A stretch of DNA of 59,847 nt, filler included, from 6 parts of 6 records of this genome joined end to end with filler, not necessarily neighbours in it, one strand, 5' to 3'. Counted from the whole stretch's first letter, positions 22,585 to 33,753 are shown. Notes: generated by a model not told the origin, from the sequence alone. A program made the numbers and translations.

Positions 22585-23088
22585 TCAGCCCTTCCAGTGC
22601 AAGGCGTAAACGAGGGTAAACAGCCGTCGTGCCGTCTGCATGTCGACTTCTATCTTCCCTTCCAGCCGCTCCATCAAAATGGCAGAACCTTCGTTGTGCA
22701 CCCCGCGCCGCCCCATGTCGATCGCCTCGATCTGGCTCGGTGTCGCGTGGCGGATGGCCTCGTAATAGCTTTCGCAGATCAGGTCGTAGTCCTTGACGAT
22801 CTTGCGCAGCGGAGACAGTGACAAAACATGAGTGACGACTTCCTTGTCGTCATCGGTCCTGATCCGGAAAACCAGCTTCTTTTCGATTACCGACAGGTTG
22901 AGAACATAGCTCGCAGGCGGATGCCCGACGGGCTGAAACGCGTTTTCCTCAATCAGGTCGTAGATCGCAACAGCACGGTCATGCTCCACTTCCGGTGTGG
23001 ACCGGGCGATAGAGGCTTCGTCCAAAACCACATCAACCAGCTTTCCGCCGGTTTGCTGCGGTTCGGGATCCGGGTGCGGTTCGCTCAT
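22585..23088 (-). CDS. UPF0262 family protein
   Basis: [33 protein letters not shown]; conserved position after hisD. Confidence 0.9.
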   Translation of the reverse strand: MSEPHPDPEPQQTGGKLVDVVLDEASIARSTPEVEHDRAVAIYDLIEENAFQPVGHPPASYVLNLSVIEKKLVFRIRTDDDKEVVTHVLSLSPLRKIVKDYDLICESYYEAIRHATPSQIEAIDMGRRGVHNEGSAILMERLEGKIEVDMQTARRLFTLVYALHWKG

Positions 23089-23118
23089 CTGGTCGAAGCC
23101 TCTTCTTCAAATCGGGAG

Positions 23119-24414
23119 CTATAAATTCAGTCTGATGGAAACAGAGCGCGCGTGCGCCGACAACCCCTCTGATTCACCAAGAGCGATTGCCGCCGGCCCG
23201 AGCTGACGCAGATTATCCGCATTGCATTTCAGGATCGAGGTGCGTTTGACGAATTCCAGCACGCTCAGACCCGACGAAAAGCGAGCCGACCGCGCGGTCG
23301 GCAACACATGATTGGAGCCGCCGACATAGTCGCCAATGGCTTCAGGCGTATAATGGCCCAGGAACACGGCGCCTGCGTTGCGCACCTTCTTCAGCAGCGC
23401 TTCCGGATCGGCAACGGCAAGTTCCAGGTGTTCGGGAGCAATTCGGTTGGCTAGCGGCATTGCCGCCTCCAGATCGTCCACCAGGATGATTGCTCCGTAA
23501 TCCTGCCAGCTGGCACGGGCAACATCTTCGCGCGGCAACGTTTTCAACTGCGCTTCGACGGCAGCTTCCACCTGGTTCGCAAGATCTTCGCTGTCGGTGA
23601 TCAGGATCGACTGCGCAGCGGTATCGTGTTCGGCCTGTGCCAGCAGATCGGCAGCAAGCCAGTCGGCATTGTTGCCGCTGTCGGCCAGGATCAGCACTTC
23701 GGACGGGCCCGCGATCATGTCAATGCCAACCGTGCCGAAGACACGGCGCTTGGCAGCCGCCACAAAGGCGTTGCCCGGACCGACGATCTTGGCGACCGGG
23801 GCAATGGTCTGCGTTCCATAGGCAAGAGCAGCCACGGCCTGTGCACCGCCAATACGATAGATTTCCGTGACACCGGCGATTCTGGCGGCAGCCAGCACCA
23901 GCGGGTTCAACACCCCGTCCGGGCTCGGCACCACCATGACGATGCGTTCCACGCCCGCGACCTTGGCCGGCACGGCATTCATCAGAACCGAACTCGGGTA
24001 GCTTGCGGTACCACCGGGCACATAAATGCCGACAGCCTCGACAGCGGTCCAGAGCGAACCGAGTTCCACGCCGATGGGATCGGTATAGCGGTCGTCCTTC
24101 GGTATCTGGCGGGCATGGTGAGCGTGAATGCGGTCGTGGGCAAGCTGCAGGGCGTCCAACGTCTCCTGCGGCACCTTTGCAAGCGCGGCATCAATTTCTG
24201 CGGCGGACACCGTCAGTTCGGCCATGCTCTCGGCCTGCAGCCGGTCGAACCTTGCCGTATAGTCGAGGACTGCCTTGTCGCCTTCGGTGCGAACACGCTC
24301 AAGAATGTCCCGGACGATCTGGTCGACATCCTCCGACACTTCCCGTTTGCCGGAAAGGAGAGCCTTGAACTGGTCTTCGAAGCGGGCGTCGTTGATGTTA
24401 AGGCGTAGAACCAC
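23119..24414 (-). CDS. hisD: Histidinol dehydrogenase
   Basis: GIYVPGG, KIVGPGN, IDMIAGPSE, QAEHD, APEHLEL, GDYVGGSNHVLPT; GTG start inferred. Confidence 0.96.
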   Translation of the reverse strand: MVLRLNINDARFEDQFKALLSGKREVSEDVDQIVRDILERVRTEGDKAVLDYTARFDRLQAESMAELTVSAAEIDAALAKVPQETLDALQLAHDRIHAHHARQIPKDDRYTDPIGVELGSLWTAVEAVGIYVPGGTASYPSSVLMNAVPAKVAGVERIVMVVPSPDGVLNPLVLAAARIAGVTEIYRIGGAQAVAALAYGTQTIAPVAKIVGPGNAFVAAAKRRVFGTVGIDMIAGPSEVLILADSGNNADWLAADLLAQAEHDTAAQSILITDSEDLANQVEAAVEAQLKTLPREDVARASWQDYGAIILVDDLEAAMPLANRIAPEHLELAVADPEALLKKVRNAGAVFLGHYTPEAIGDYVGGSNHVLPTARSARFSSGLSVLEFVKRTSILKCNADNLRQLGPAAIALGESEGLSAHARSVSIRLNL

Positions 24415-24468
24415 GCAATTCTCCATCATGTGCGGTGCCGTGCACCGTCTGTCATTCCGTGCGAGCGG

Positions 24469-24906
24469 TCAGCTGAGGTCGTGTTGCGGCAGGTTCGGCG
24501 TGGACCATGCGGCGCCCAGGTCCGACAGTTGCGCCTCGATGCAGTCCACCTCGAGCGCAAGGCTGCCACCACCTGCAAAGGCGAGCTGGATCGTGCCGGC
24601 CGGCTCTTCGCCCGGCTCGAAGGTCACGGCGAGCAATTCCAGGACGGCACCCTTGGCCTTCTGGTTGATGTTCTGTGCCTTCATGGCCTTGACCTGCGCA
24701 AAGGCGAGAGCCGTGCGGCGGCGCTCATGTTCCTTCGATCGCTTGTCGGCTTCCTTGTCCCACACGAACCGGTTCAACACGAACACGGCCTTCTGCTCCT
24801 TCGGCAGATAGCGGATATCCGCGATGGTGATCACCGCGTCCTGCAGATGGGCGGAAAGAACCTGAAGGTCTTCCTGGTCAAGGGCGGCAAGTTTCAGCTG
24901 GTCCAT
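24469..24906 (-). CDS. DUF2948 family protein
   Basis: LKLAALDQEDLQVLSAHLQDAV..LNRFVW..LEVDCIEAQLSDLG; conserved between murA and hisD. Confidence 0.88.
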   Translation of the reverse strand: MDQLKLAALDQEDLQVLSAHLQDAVITIADIRYLPKEQKAVFVLNRFVWDKEADKRSKEHERRRTALAFAQVKAMKAQNINQKAKGAVLELLAVTFEPGEEPAGTIQLAFAGGGSLALEVDCIEAQLSDLGAAWSTPNLPQHDLS

Positions 24907-25054
24907 TTGCTCTTGTTCTGATCCGGTCATGCGTTGTCTGGCAGGACGCATATAAGCGACTTTCTGCCCGGTCCCAAGGCTGTTGCCTAATGGGGAATAA
25001 CGGTTTTGGCAATCTCCAATGCCCTGAAACATGCCTCGCGGCATCGTGGAGCCC

Positions 25055-25267
25055 TCAAGGGCCTTCATCCACCCGCTGGCGCAGATCCGCCTTGACCTCG
25101 TCCAGCGATGCAATCCGCCGGAAGATCCGACGGCCCAGCCAGAGCCCGAACACAAGCAAGAAGAAGCCCAGAGACGGCCCGTAGGGCGCCGGAACAAGGA
25201 CAACAGCGAACAGTGCCGCAAAGGCAAAGGCCAGCTGGACCAAAAACCGGATTGTCTGTGCATTCAT
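25055..25267 (-). CDS. Small two-TM membrane protein
   Basis: Two hydrophobic helices followed by a charged tail. Confidence 0.6.
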   Translation of the reverse strand: MNAQTIRFLVQLAFAFAALFAVVLVPAPYGPSLGFFLLVFGLWLGRRIFRRIASLDEVKADLRQRVDEGP

Positions 25268-25422
25268 GCAGTCGCTCCAACATCGTCCCGCAGGTTTTCC
25301 CGGCGTCGATTTGTTATCACCTGCCATCTGCCTTCCGTCTTGCAATCAGGGCACGCATTCTGGAAAGTGACGCCAGCACATCAGGGCGATACCCTACCAT
25401 CACACGAACGCACGGGCACGTA

Positions 25423-25911
25423 ATGCTGAAACGATCCACCTGCCTCGGCCTGCTGGCAGGCAGTCTGCTTCTTTTCCAGACGCCGATGGATGTCCAGTCA
25501 CAGGATTTTACCGAGAAGGTTCTGGGTGAGACCATATATGTCCCGGCCTATTCGCGGGTCTTTTCCCATCCGAACAGGTCCGACCTTCTGGCGGCAACAC
25601 TTGCCATCCACAATGTCGACCCTGAAGCCACCATAACGTTGCAGCAGGTCGATTATCACAACGAGGATGGCACCTTGCTGCGCACTCTCCTGGATGCGCC
25701 GGTGGACCTTGCGCCCCTGCAGTCCAAAACAGTGCTGATCCCGATCAACGACACCTCTGGCGGCGTCGGGGCGAATTTCCTGCTCGTGTGGTCGTCGGAT
25801 AGCGGTGCCCTCAGCCCCATCGCAGAAGCCATCATGACCAGTGGCAGCGGCGGTCCCGGCCCCTCTTTCACGTCACGAGGTCGGGTGATCAAGCGGCAAA
25901 CGGCGGAGTAG
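25423..25911 (+). CDS. DUF3124 family exported protein
   Basis: G.TIYVPAYS, L.ATLAIHNVD, SGGVGANF, PIAEAIM, SFTSRG. Confidence 0.85.
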   Translation: MLKRSTCLGLLAGSLLLFQTPMDVQSQDFTEKVLGETIYVPAYSRVFSHPNRSDLLAATLAIHNVDPEATITLQQVDYHNEDGTLLRTLLDAPVDLAPLQSKTVLIPINDTSGGVGANFLLVWSSDSGALSPIAEAIMTSGSGGPGPSFTSRGRVIKRQTAE

Positions 25912-25990
25912 ATTTCGCGAAAAATGCATTACATGAGGTGCGGCGCAGTCCACGCCGCCCATGCTTTCACACCGTAATTCGACGGCTTTA

Positions 25991-26335
<345 letters not shown>

Positions 26336-26435
26336 NNNNNNNNNNNNNNNNNNNNNNNNNNNNNNNNNNNNNNNNNNNNTTAATTAATTAANNNNNNNNN
26401 NNNNNNNNNNNNNNNNNNNNNNNNNNNNNNNNNNN

Positions 26436-26505
26436 AATACGTCGTTTCCAACTGAGGCGGTGCATTGGGGCTATTGAGGATATTGCTCAGACCCGTTGAA
26501 TTCAT
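26436..26505 (-). CDS. N-terminus of an unknown gene cut by the contig edge
   Basis: AGGAG RBS then ATG at 26505, open to the edge (MNSTGLSNILNSPNAPPQLETTY). Confidence 0.35.
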
Positions 26506-26604
26506 AAGACTACTCCTATTTTTGGATCGCTATTTGAGATCAAACTCTCACTTTTTGTATTGTAAACGAATGTCAAAAATTTAGTCGAGCAATAAATACT
26601 TGTA

Positions 26605-29600
26605 CTACAAGGATACGGTAATATCGACAACTGTCCCAGGTCTTTTTTCGTCATTTTCATTGAACTCCTTTGTATCAACACTGATTTTCCCCATACCTGT
26701 CTTTACATGTAATTCCATCCTTTGTTTAGTTAACCGCAAACCATGAGATTTATGAGTGCTTTTTCTCTTATCTCCATCCTTTCTGTCATTGTTAATTCCA
26801 AGACCATTATCACTAATTGAGATTCTCAGTGTTTCGGGTTCGGAGTTCCAGACCTTGACTCGTACTTCCCCATTCCCGTCTAATGGGTAAATTCCGTGCC
26901 AAATAGCGTTTTCTACGTATGGCTGTATAATCATAACCGGTATAAAAATTTCAGAAGGGTCGTCTATGACATCGACTTCTAGATGCCATTCAAATCGTTT
27001 TCCTAAGCGCATTTTTTCCAACTCGAAATAAAGCCCGAGTCTATTAACTTCATCTTCCAATGATATTGTTTCATTGAGAGAGTCGTCAAGGATCAATCGC
27101 ACAAGTTTTGAAAATTTTGACAGATAAATATTTGCTCTCGAGATAGTTTTATCAGTATTAAAGAAATGCTGAATTGATGTTAACGCATTAAATAGAAAGT
27201 GTGGATTGACTGTCAAATTTAGCGCTTGCTGCTGCAGTTGTGCAATCGATACCAATAATTGCTGTTTTTCCGCCGTTCGTTTATTTTTCGCTCTAATCAA
27301 AGCAAGAACAACGACGGACGAAACTAGCATGCCCACACTCAACACTGCCAACTGAAACCAAAGCCTTTGCCAAAATGGAGGAATAATGTGAATATTTAGT
27401 GTGGCAAGCCTTTTTGACCAATCGCTATTGTCAATTTTCGACTTCAGAATAAATGTATAGTTTCCTGGACTCAAGTTAGTATACTCTTTGAAGCTTTTTC
27501 TAGTATAGTTCCAATCAGCATCGACATTTTCCAGTTTGTACTGGAATTGTACTCCTTCTGGAAACTCATAGTTCAGTCCCACAAAGTCGATAACAAACTT
27601 TGACGAGTCATGTGGCAAAGTGATAGAGTCTGGATCCAAATATACTTTGTCATAAGAATTCACTCTAGTTATATATGTTTCGGGCGTAGACGTGTGAGCA
27701 GGTGTAAACTGTGTAGGTACAACTACAGAAGCACCCGCAGCAGTCCCGACCCACAAATTCTCATTATTATCAATTTGAAGCGACAATATTTCGTCCGAGA
27801 TAAGCCCCCGTTGTTTATTTATCGTGACAACTCCTGATGCTGTAATGCAGTTCAGTCCTTGCTTTGTTCCTACCCATATATTATGATTTGCGTCCATTGC
27901 TAAAGCCGTACATATCCGGTGAGATAGTCCATTACTTTGTGTATACTTTAACCATTCTCCATTACAATATCGAGCAACTCCGTTATCTGTAGCAATCCAC
28001 ACTACCCCATTTTTAGCTTGTAGAATGTCGCGCACCACATTGCTTGGAAGTCCATTTGAAACAGTGTGATGTTCATAATTTTCATCGTTAAGTAATATTA
28101 ACCCCATTTCAGTACCAATTAGTGTTCGACCAGCCTCATTATAGTTAATACAGAGTACCCTTGAATCCTTCAATTTTGTTGGTAGTTCATAACACTCTTT
28201 GATTTCATTGTTTTGAATGGAATATATTCCATCCCAGAACACACAGATGATTTGGTTGTTCTCAATTGGATACATTTGTAAGGGGGTTCCTGTCCTATGT
28301 ATTTTCTCAGCTGAAGAATCAATTCCTGTTTCATCTTTGGCCATCAAATACGAACCGTTCCTACTATCGGATTTTTGCCACACAAATTCATATTTGTCAT
28401 AAGTTGGCACTAGCCTTCCATAGTCAATTGTTGTTAATGAATTTGGATGATGGCTTACCAGTATTTTTGAATCAAGTGTTACAGCAACAGCATCAATTGT
28501 TTCTTGTGAAAATAGCTCTTGATAAACTAGTGTATCATTAGAAAGTGCTTTACCGCTGTCTTTTATCAAATATACAGCGTCATAACACCCTAGAATAACA
28601 TTTGAATCGCCTTCTAAACCAATAGAATGTACATACTTTCCTTTATGAATCTTTCGTATGTAAAGTGGTTTAGATTGCTTTATTGGTATAGTAAATACTC
28701 CGCTACCAAACGTGGAAACCCAAACGTTATTCGTTGAGTCAATGATTACATCATTTATCTGAGATTGCAAATTATCTACCAAACCCGAATAGTTTTCAAC
28801 TCCATTTCTCCCAACTTTGATTAGATCACTACCCTCGCCAGAAATCCAAAGATTGTTCCATCGGTCAGTCTTGATGTGCTGAACTTTATTAACTTTTTCG
28901 ACGCTTAGGTCTATGTATGAGCTTACACTTTCACCTTGAATAATGTATATTTTCCCGTCTGAACCGCAGTTTAAATGATTATCGTTTGATTCCTCAATAC
29001 AATATACAGGTTCATTTATTTCTGTTTGAAAATGACGTTCAGCAATACCATTTGAAACTTTAATTATTCCTATATCAGTTCCTAACAGCTTGTCTTGGTT
29101 CCCATACTCATATACACAGTAAATGTTTGGTTGTCCAGGTGTGAAGTTAGAGTGAATTTCATCAAACGTAAACTCTTTTACTATTTGGGGACTCAGACCT
29201 ATTCTGACATATGACAGATTCGTGGTAGAGAAGAGGCTTTCTCTTTTGCCGAGAATTAGATTAAGGAGACTATGAGGCAACTCCCCTTCCACTGGAACAT
29301 ACTCCTTAAATGCCCCATCCTTATATGTATGAAGCCTCCCATCATACGTGTTGATCCAGATCGTGCTATCTCGGGATTCAATGATTCCCAAAATTTGGCG
29401 GTCTTGAATCGGCTCGTATTGCTCAAATCTCTCAAACCTCTTGCCATCGAATCGGCACAGACCTAACTCTGTGCCGATCCAAATAAATCCCTTGCTGTCC
29501 TGGAAAAGTCTGAATACATTCGAATGTGGTAGGCCATCGTCAATCGTATATTGACGATACACTAAGTCCTGACCAAATACAAAATTACCAGAAAACAAAA

Positions 29601-29643
29601 GGATTGCCGTTATCAATGTGTACAGGTTCTTCATATTTTTCAC
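26605..29643 (-). CDS. LytS-type sensor histidine kinase with periplasmic beta-propeller and Y_Y_Y domain
   Basis: Signal peptide; repeated GL.SN..D..G.IW.GT propeller units; YKLEN..YTNLSPGNYTF; TM; NPHFLFNAL; QPYVENAIWHG; DNGLG. GTGA overlap with the upstream regulator. Confidence 0.93.
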   Translation of the reverse strand: MKNMKNLYTLITAILLFSGNFVFGQDLVYRQYTIDDGLPHSNVFRLFQDSKGFIWIGTELGLCRFDGKRFERFEQYEPIQDRQILGIIESRDSTIWINTYDGRLHTYKDGAFKEYVPVEGELPHSLLNLILGKRESLFSTTNLSYVRIGLSPQIVKEFTFDEIHSNFTPGQPNIYCVYEYGNQDKLLGTDIGIIKVSNGIAERHFQTEINEPVYCIEESNDNHLNCGSDGKIYIIQGESVSSYIDLSVEKVNKVQHIKTDRWNNLWISGEGSDLIKVGRNGVENYSGLVDNLQSQINDVIIDSTNNVWVSTFGSGVFTIPIKQSKPLYIRKIHKGKYVHSIGLEGDSNVILGCYDAVYLIKDSGKALSNDTLVYQELFSQETIDAVAVTLDSKILVSHHPNSLTTIDYGRLVPTYDKYEFVWQKSDSRNGSYLMAKDETGIDSSAEKIHRTGTPLQMYPIENNQIICVFWDGIYSIQNNEIKECYELPTKLKDSRVLCINYNEAGRTLIGTEMGLILLNDENYEHHTVSNGLPSNVVRDILQAKNGVVWIATDNGVARYCNGEWLKYTQSNGLSHRICTALAMDANHNIWVGTKQGLNCITASGVVTINKQRGLISDEILSLQIDNNENLWVGTAAGASVVVPTQFTPAHTSTPETYITRVNSYDKVYLDPDSITLPHDSSKFVIDFVGLNYEFPEGVQFQYKLENVDADWNYTRKSFKEYTNLSPGNYTFILKSKIDNSDWSKRLATLNIHIIPPFWQRLWFQLAVLSVGMLVSSVVVLALIRAKNKRTAEKQQLLVSIAQLQQQALNLTVNPHFLFNALTSIQHFFNTDKTISRANIYLSKFSKLVRLILDDSLNETISLEDEVNRLGLYFELEKMRLGKRFEWHLEVDVIDDPSEIFIPVMIIQPYVENAIWHGIYPLDGNGEVRVKVWNSEPETLRISISDNGLGINNDRKDGDKRKSTHKSHGLRLTKQRMELHVKTGMGKISVDTKEFNENDEKRPGTVVDITVSL

Positions 29644-30449
29644 TTCTTTGTATCTAATTTCCCTACGAGGCCTACAAAGTCCTGCAACTTGGATAAAAAC
29701 TCCCTCGTTCTACGCTTTGATACAATGAGCTTCTCATCATTACTAAGGCAAATTCGACCTGCAGAAGAGTAACAATACTCAGCTACATGCTGAAGATTAA
29801 TCAGGTGTGATTTATGGACTCTGCAGAAATACGCCCACCCAAGTATTTCCTCATAATCTTTCAAAGATCCCGTCACTATTAAGTCTCCCTCGTCTACAGT
29901 CCGCACCGTTGTGTAATGTGCATCGCTTCTGATATATATGATATTACTAATATCTACCACTTTTATTCCCCGTGGCCGATGCAATATAATTCTTGAAAAC
30001 TGTCCCTTTGCATTCAAATTATCATACAGGATGCCAGCTTGTGCTCCAAATGCAAAATTTCTGCCTAGCCCGTTTCCGGGATTTTCATACATTTCGACCA
30101 CTTTGTTGACAGCTTCGCGTAACTCCACTACATCAACTGGCTTCAACAAATAGTCTGCAGCCGAAGCTTTAATTGCACGAATTGCATGTTCATGATATGC
30201 AGTGATAAAAATGACAGAAAAAGAACGGTCCTCATAACCATCCAAGAATTCAAATCCATCCTCTTGAGGCATCATAATATCCAAAAATACCACGTCTGGA
30301 TGATGTTGTGCAACCAATTCTCTTGCTTCGACTGCAGATTTTGCGACACCTACGAGCTCTAGCTCTGGGCAATGATCACACAGAAGCTCAGAAATTACCT
30401 TACGGCTGTTCGCCTCATCGTCAACTATAATTGCAGTTAGTTTATCCAT
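29640..30449 (-). CDS. LytTR-family response regulator (copy 1)
   Basis: IIVDDE, FLDI.MP, TAY, DYLLKP receiver; FCRVHKSHLINL and VSKRR LytTR domain. Confidence 0.95.
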   Translation of the reverse strand: MDKLTAIIVDDEANSRKVISELLCDHCPELELVGVAKSAVEARELVAQHHPDVVFLDIMMPQEDGFEFLDGYEDRSFSVIFITAYHEHAIRAIKASAADYLLKPVDVVELREAVNKVVEMYENPGNGLGRNFAFGAQAGILYDNLNAKGQFSRIILHRPRGIKVVDISNIIYIRSDAHYTTVRTVDEGDLIVTGSLKDYEEILGWAYFCRVHKSHLINLQHVAEYCYSSAGRICLSNDEKLIVSKRRTREFLSKLQDFVGLVGKLDTKK

Positions 30450-30628
30450 AGTACTTTTCTCCAGAATGAGTCACTTAATATTGAAGTTTGAGTGTTCATG
30501 ATGAATTATGTGATTCCCCTTTTTCGTGCTCGCCTGCCTCTACATCAACAATAGTGTATTAAGCATTCAATGGGTCAAGAAGGGTGAATCAAATTGTTTG
30601 CCTGGTAGCAAAACCACGCACTAGCGTA

Positions 30629-30865
30629 TCAGCTAGGTTTAGTCAGGTGTGTTTCTGTGACAGTTATAGCAGCTTCGAGGCCTTCCAATACTGCTTTGTG
30701 ATCAAACTCGATGGTCTCATAGATGGGTGCCACATCACCTTCTCCCCTACGCGGATCATCAATAAATATGAATTCATCTTCCTGTAAATATGGTATAGAT
30801 CCAAATGCTACGCTGGAGTCTGTAGCAGTACTGCTGGTATTTGATGTGAAATTCGGTTTGAACAT
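30629..30865 (-). CDS. Small acidic protein (78 aa), paralog of 33308-33577
   Basis: Strong GGAGGAG RBS; shares P[YF]..[ED].., F[IL]DD, P[IV][YF]..[IL]E and [IV]T[VI][TS]E blocks with the second copy. Confidence 0.7.
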   Translation of the reverse strand: MFKPNFTSNTSSTATDSSVAFGSIPYLQEDEFIFIDDPRRGEGDVAPIYETIEFDHKAVLEGLEAAITVTETHLTKPS

Positions 30866-31010
30866 GATGATGTTTACTCCTCCAAGAACCTAGAATGACA
30901 AAGCGTTTTAGATTTACTGTTGAAGAAATGTATACAAGCGACTGGCAGTGTTTACTTGTATTCTTATTCAACTATTTGTGGTATCAAAGTATAATCGTGT
31001 AATGCGATTT

Positions 31011-31074
31011 CAAACAATATAAAGTTAAACGGCCCCTATTTTGGGGTAACCGTCCTGTAAAACAGGTTAAACGG
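31011..31074 (-). promoter_or_regulatory. Three direct repeats at 21-bp period, probable LytTR operator
   Basis: TAAACGG at 31026, TAACCGT at 31047, TAAACGG at 31068; CAAAC 15 bp before the first. Confidence 0.75.
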
Positions 31075-32034
31075 GAGTCAACTTTTGAATTTCATTCAAG
31101 TTGATAGAAGAATTACTCGCAATTTTTCTCTGAAATGACGCACTTAACAATCATATTTTACGTGATCTGATAGTTAGATTACGATTATCCTTGGACTCTT
31201 GAGGAAGCCGCTAGAATTTGATGGACAGTTGCAACCCTTAATTAATTGATTAACATTTTACCAATTCGGAAACTCCATATTAACCAAGTGATTAACTCTC
31301 ACAAAATATTCGGAATAGAATTTGATATATAAGAGTATACCAGAGTCCAGACAATATTGAATTGACCTTGATTTACTCGAGAATCAGCCTCCTACGTCCA
31401 GCCGGAACAACAAAACTTCTGTTGGCTAAAAACAGATGTATAACTAATTATAAGCACTAGGTGTCGGGGCTGTCTGTCCATTTTCTAAGAAAGTGAACAA
31501 CAGAAGCTCTAGAAAAAAACAATTAGCGATTATTCTGAGGCTTCAAAAATCGGAATAATTCTTTCTGAAGTCTTAGTTCTTTCAGCAGTCAAGAAAGAGA
31601 CAAAAATGCAGCAACAAAGGCTCTAGAAATGAATTCAATCAGCATGTAGTTCAATCATCTTTGGTGAAAACACACTACAACGCCTCGCTAAAAACTTCTA
31701 ACTACAACAGAGCTAGAGTTTTGCCGTATAACAGCCCACTCAAGAATTGGCATGTAGGTGACGGTGTTTTTATGCTGTTTTTTGCTCATCCTGCAGCATC
31801 TAAGTAGTAAATAGTTGATCGTAACTATGGGTACTTTAAACATGCCGCTTTAATGGCTGTAGTTTAAGCATTGAACCGTAAAAATTGTTAATCCGCAAGG
31901 GATATTTCTACTCTATAGGGTTGATTTGGAGCCTTCAATAGCTATCGCGGGTATTTCCAAAACAAGCATGTTGACTGTTAGTTTTACATTGCCTGAAAAC
32001 CGTCCATATCAATAACACAGTGGACATTTAAGCT

Positions 32035-32847
32035 CTACTTCTTAGATACGGACCGGTCGATAATATCGACATAGTTCTGAAGATCTAACAGGAACTCACG
32101 GGTTCTGCGTTTTGAAACAGTTAGAGTCTCGCCATTAGACAGTGATGCTTTGCCGCTGGTGTCATATGTATATTCGGTTACATGCATTAGGTTAACCAAA
32201 AATGACTTGTGAATTCGGCAGAAGCATAAATAACCAAGCATTTCTTCATAGTCTTTTAGTGACCCCGTAACAATTATATCTCCATCATCTACTAACCTGA
32301 CAGTCGTATAATTTGAATCACTTCGGATGTACAACACCTCGCCGATATTAACAACTTTTATTCCGCGCGGTCGATGAAGAATAATTTTTGTGAACTCTCC
32401 TTTGGCCTGTAAGTTGTCATACAAAATTTTGGCGTGTTCTTTCCCTTCAAAGTTGGGCCTGGACAATCCGCTCTTTTCTTCTCGATGTAGACTAATCAGT
32501 TTTCGAATCGCCTCGCGAAGATCAACTAAATCTATTGGTTTGAGAACATAATCTACTGCTGATGCTTTAATTGCTCGCAGTGCATGTTCGTGATAGGCGG
32601 TAACAAAAACAACTGAAAAAGGGCGATCTTCATATCCATCCAGAAAGTCAAACCCAGATTCTACCGGCATTGTGATATCTAGAAAAACGACGTCTGGTGA
32701 ATGTTCTTCAACAAGCTCTCTTGCAGCAGCAGCCGAATCTGCTATCCCGGCAACTTCTACTTCTGGGCAGTGATCAGTTAATAGCCTAGACAAGACTTGG
32801 CGGCCATTCGCTTCGTCATCGACAATTATTGAGATTAGCTTATCCAT
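32035..32847 (-). CDS. LytTR-family response regulator (copy 2)
   Basis: Same motifs as copy 1; about 70% identical in the receiver domain by manual alignment. Confidence 0.95.
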   Translation of the reverse strand: MDKLISIIVDDEANGRQVLSRLLTDHCPEVEVAGIADSAAAARELVEEHSPDVVFLDITMPVESGFDFLDGYEDRPFSVVFVTAYHEHALRAIKASAVDYVLKPIDLVDLREAIRKLISLHREEKSGLSRPNFEGKEHAKILYDNLQAKGEFTKIILHRPRGIKVVNIGEVLYIRSDSNYTTVRLVDDGDIIVTGSLKDYEEMLGYLCFCRIHKSFLVNLMHVTEYTYDTSGKASLSNGETLTVSKRRTREFLLDLQNYVDIIDRSVSKK

Positions 32848-33307
32848 GCTTTGGGGTATGTTTGTGTATTTCTGTGATAATCAATGCTATGCACTATTCT
32901 GGTTGTATAAACCGGAATTACTCAAAATATCTCATGTGTCCAAGCACTTTCTTCACACTTGTGGAGAGTCTCTTCATGGACAAGACTTCCAGATGGTCTT
33001 CGCTACCTAAAATTGTGCAACCCTGCAAAAATGCGACCTTCGGTCCATATTCTTCGGGTTGGATGAGAACGTGCTATTAAGGCCTTTTACGACTGGAGTA
33101 CCTATCAAGGATTGTTTCCATAGCCAATTGCTCACTATCTGGAAGAATCAAAACCGTTTGTGCCCTCAAAATCACTCACAATTTGTAAGTGGCAGACGCA
33201 AAGTTACTTGCCCAGATCTTTCGACGTTTGATCTCTCTAGTCAGGCCGAAACGTCTACTGTATCTAACGTGCTAGATAGCTACTGAGACTTCTCGGTACA
33301 GCAAAAG

Positions 33308-33577
33308 TTAGGCTGCGATAGAGATTCTTGTATTACGCAGAAGTTTGAGCGATTCGGATATAGTAACGACGTCCTTGGTTTTGTCTACCATGCTTTCAGT
33401 TTCCAGCGCAATGAACACGGGACGATTGTCTTCTTCTGATTCCGTCTCTGCTTCCATTGTCAGCTCAAAGTCCTCAGAATCATCCAGAAATGACAGGCTG
33501 TTGTCTTCATCTTTTACAAATGGTGTGAGTTCAGGGCGGAAAATAATAGATTTGATCAGTTGGTTTTGCGTATTCAT
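33308..33577 (-). CDS. Small acidic protein (89 aa), paralog of 30629-30865
   Basis: Same position in the duplicated module and the same motif blocks. Confidence 0.65.
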   Translation of the reverse strand: MNTQNQLIKSIIFRPELTPFVKDEDNSLSFLDDSEDFELTMEAETESEEDNRPVFIALETESMVDKTKDVVTISESLKLLRNTRISIAA

Positions 33578-33689
33578 AGCTGTTTTCGCCTAAGTTTATC
33601 GTTTCGATTCGTGCTTGGAAGGACTCTTTTCCTGTCCAGTCACTGAGTTATTGAATTCGATTGCAATCTATGGCGCGGACGCAAGTGCT

Positions 33690-33753
33690 CAAACCACATA
33701 AAATTAAGCGGGCAGTATTTCCGGGTAACCGGTCAGGAATTCGGGGTAACCGG
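33690..33753 (-). promoter_or_regulatory. Three direct repeats at 21-bp period, probable LytTR operator
   Basis: TAAGCGG at 33705, TAACCGG at 33726, TAACCGG at 33747; CAAAC 15 bp before the first. Confidence 0.75.

Noticed and set aside
23119-24414. This HisD as the HpsN DHPS dehydrogenase linked to the hps locus
   Set aside because: Different contig and organism; it lies in the standard murA-DUF2948-hisD-UPF0262 context.
26541-26590. A third LytTR operator upstream of the truncated ORF (TAAACGA at 26563)
   Set aside because: Single box with no partner at 21-bp spacing, and the CAAAC offset differs from the two real arrays.
31480-31720. CRISPR array
   Set aside because: Only two or three degenerate 14-18 nt copies at uneven spacing of about 93-114 bp, and no cas genes.
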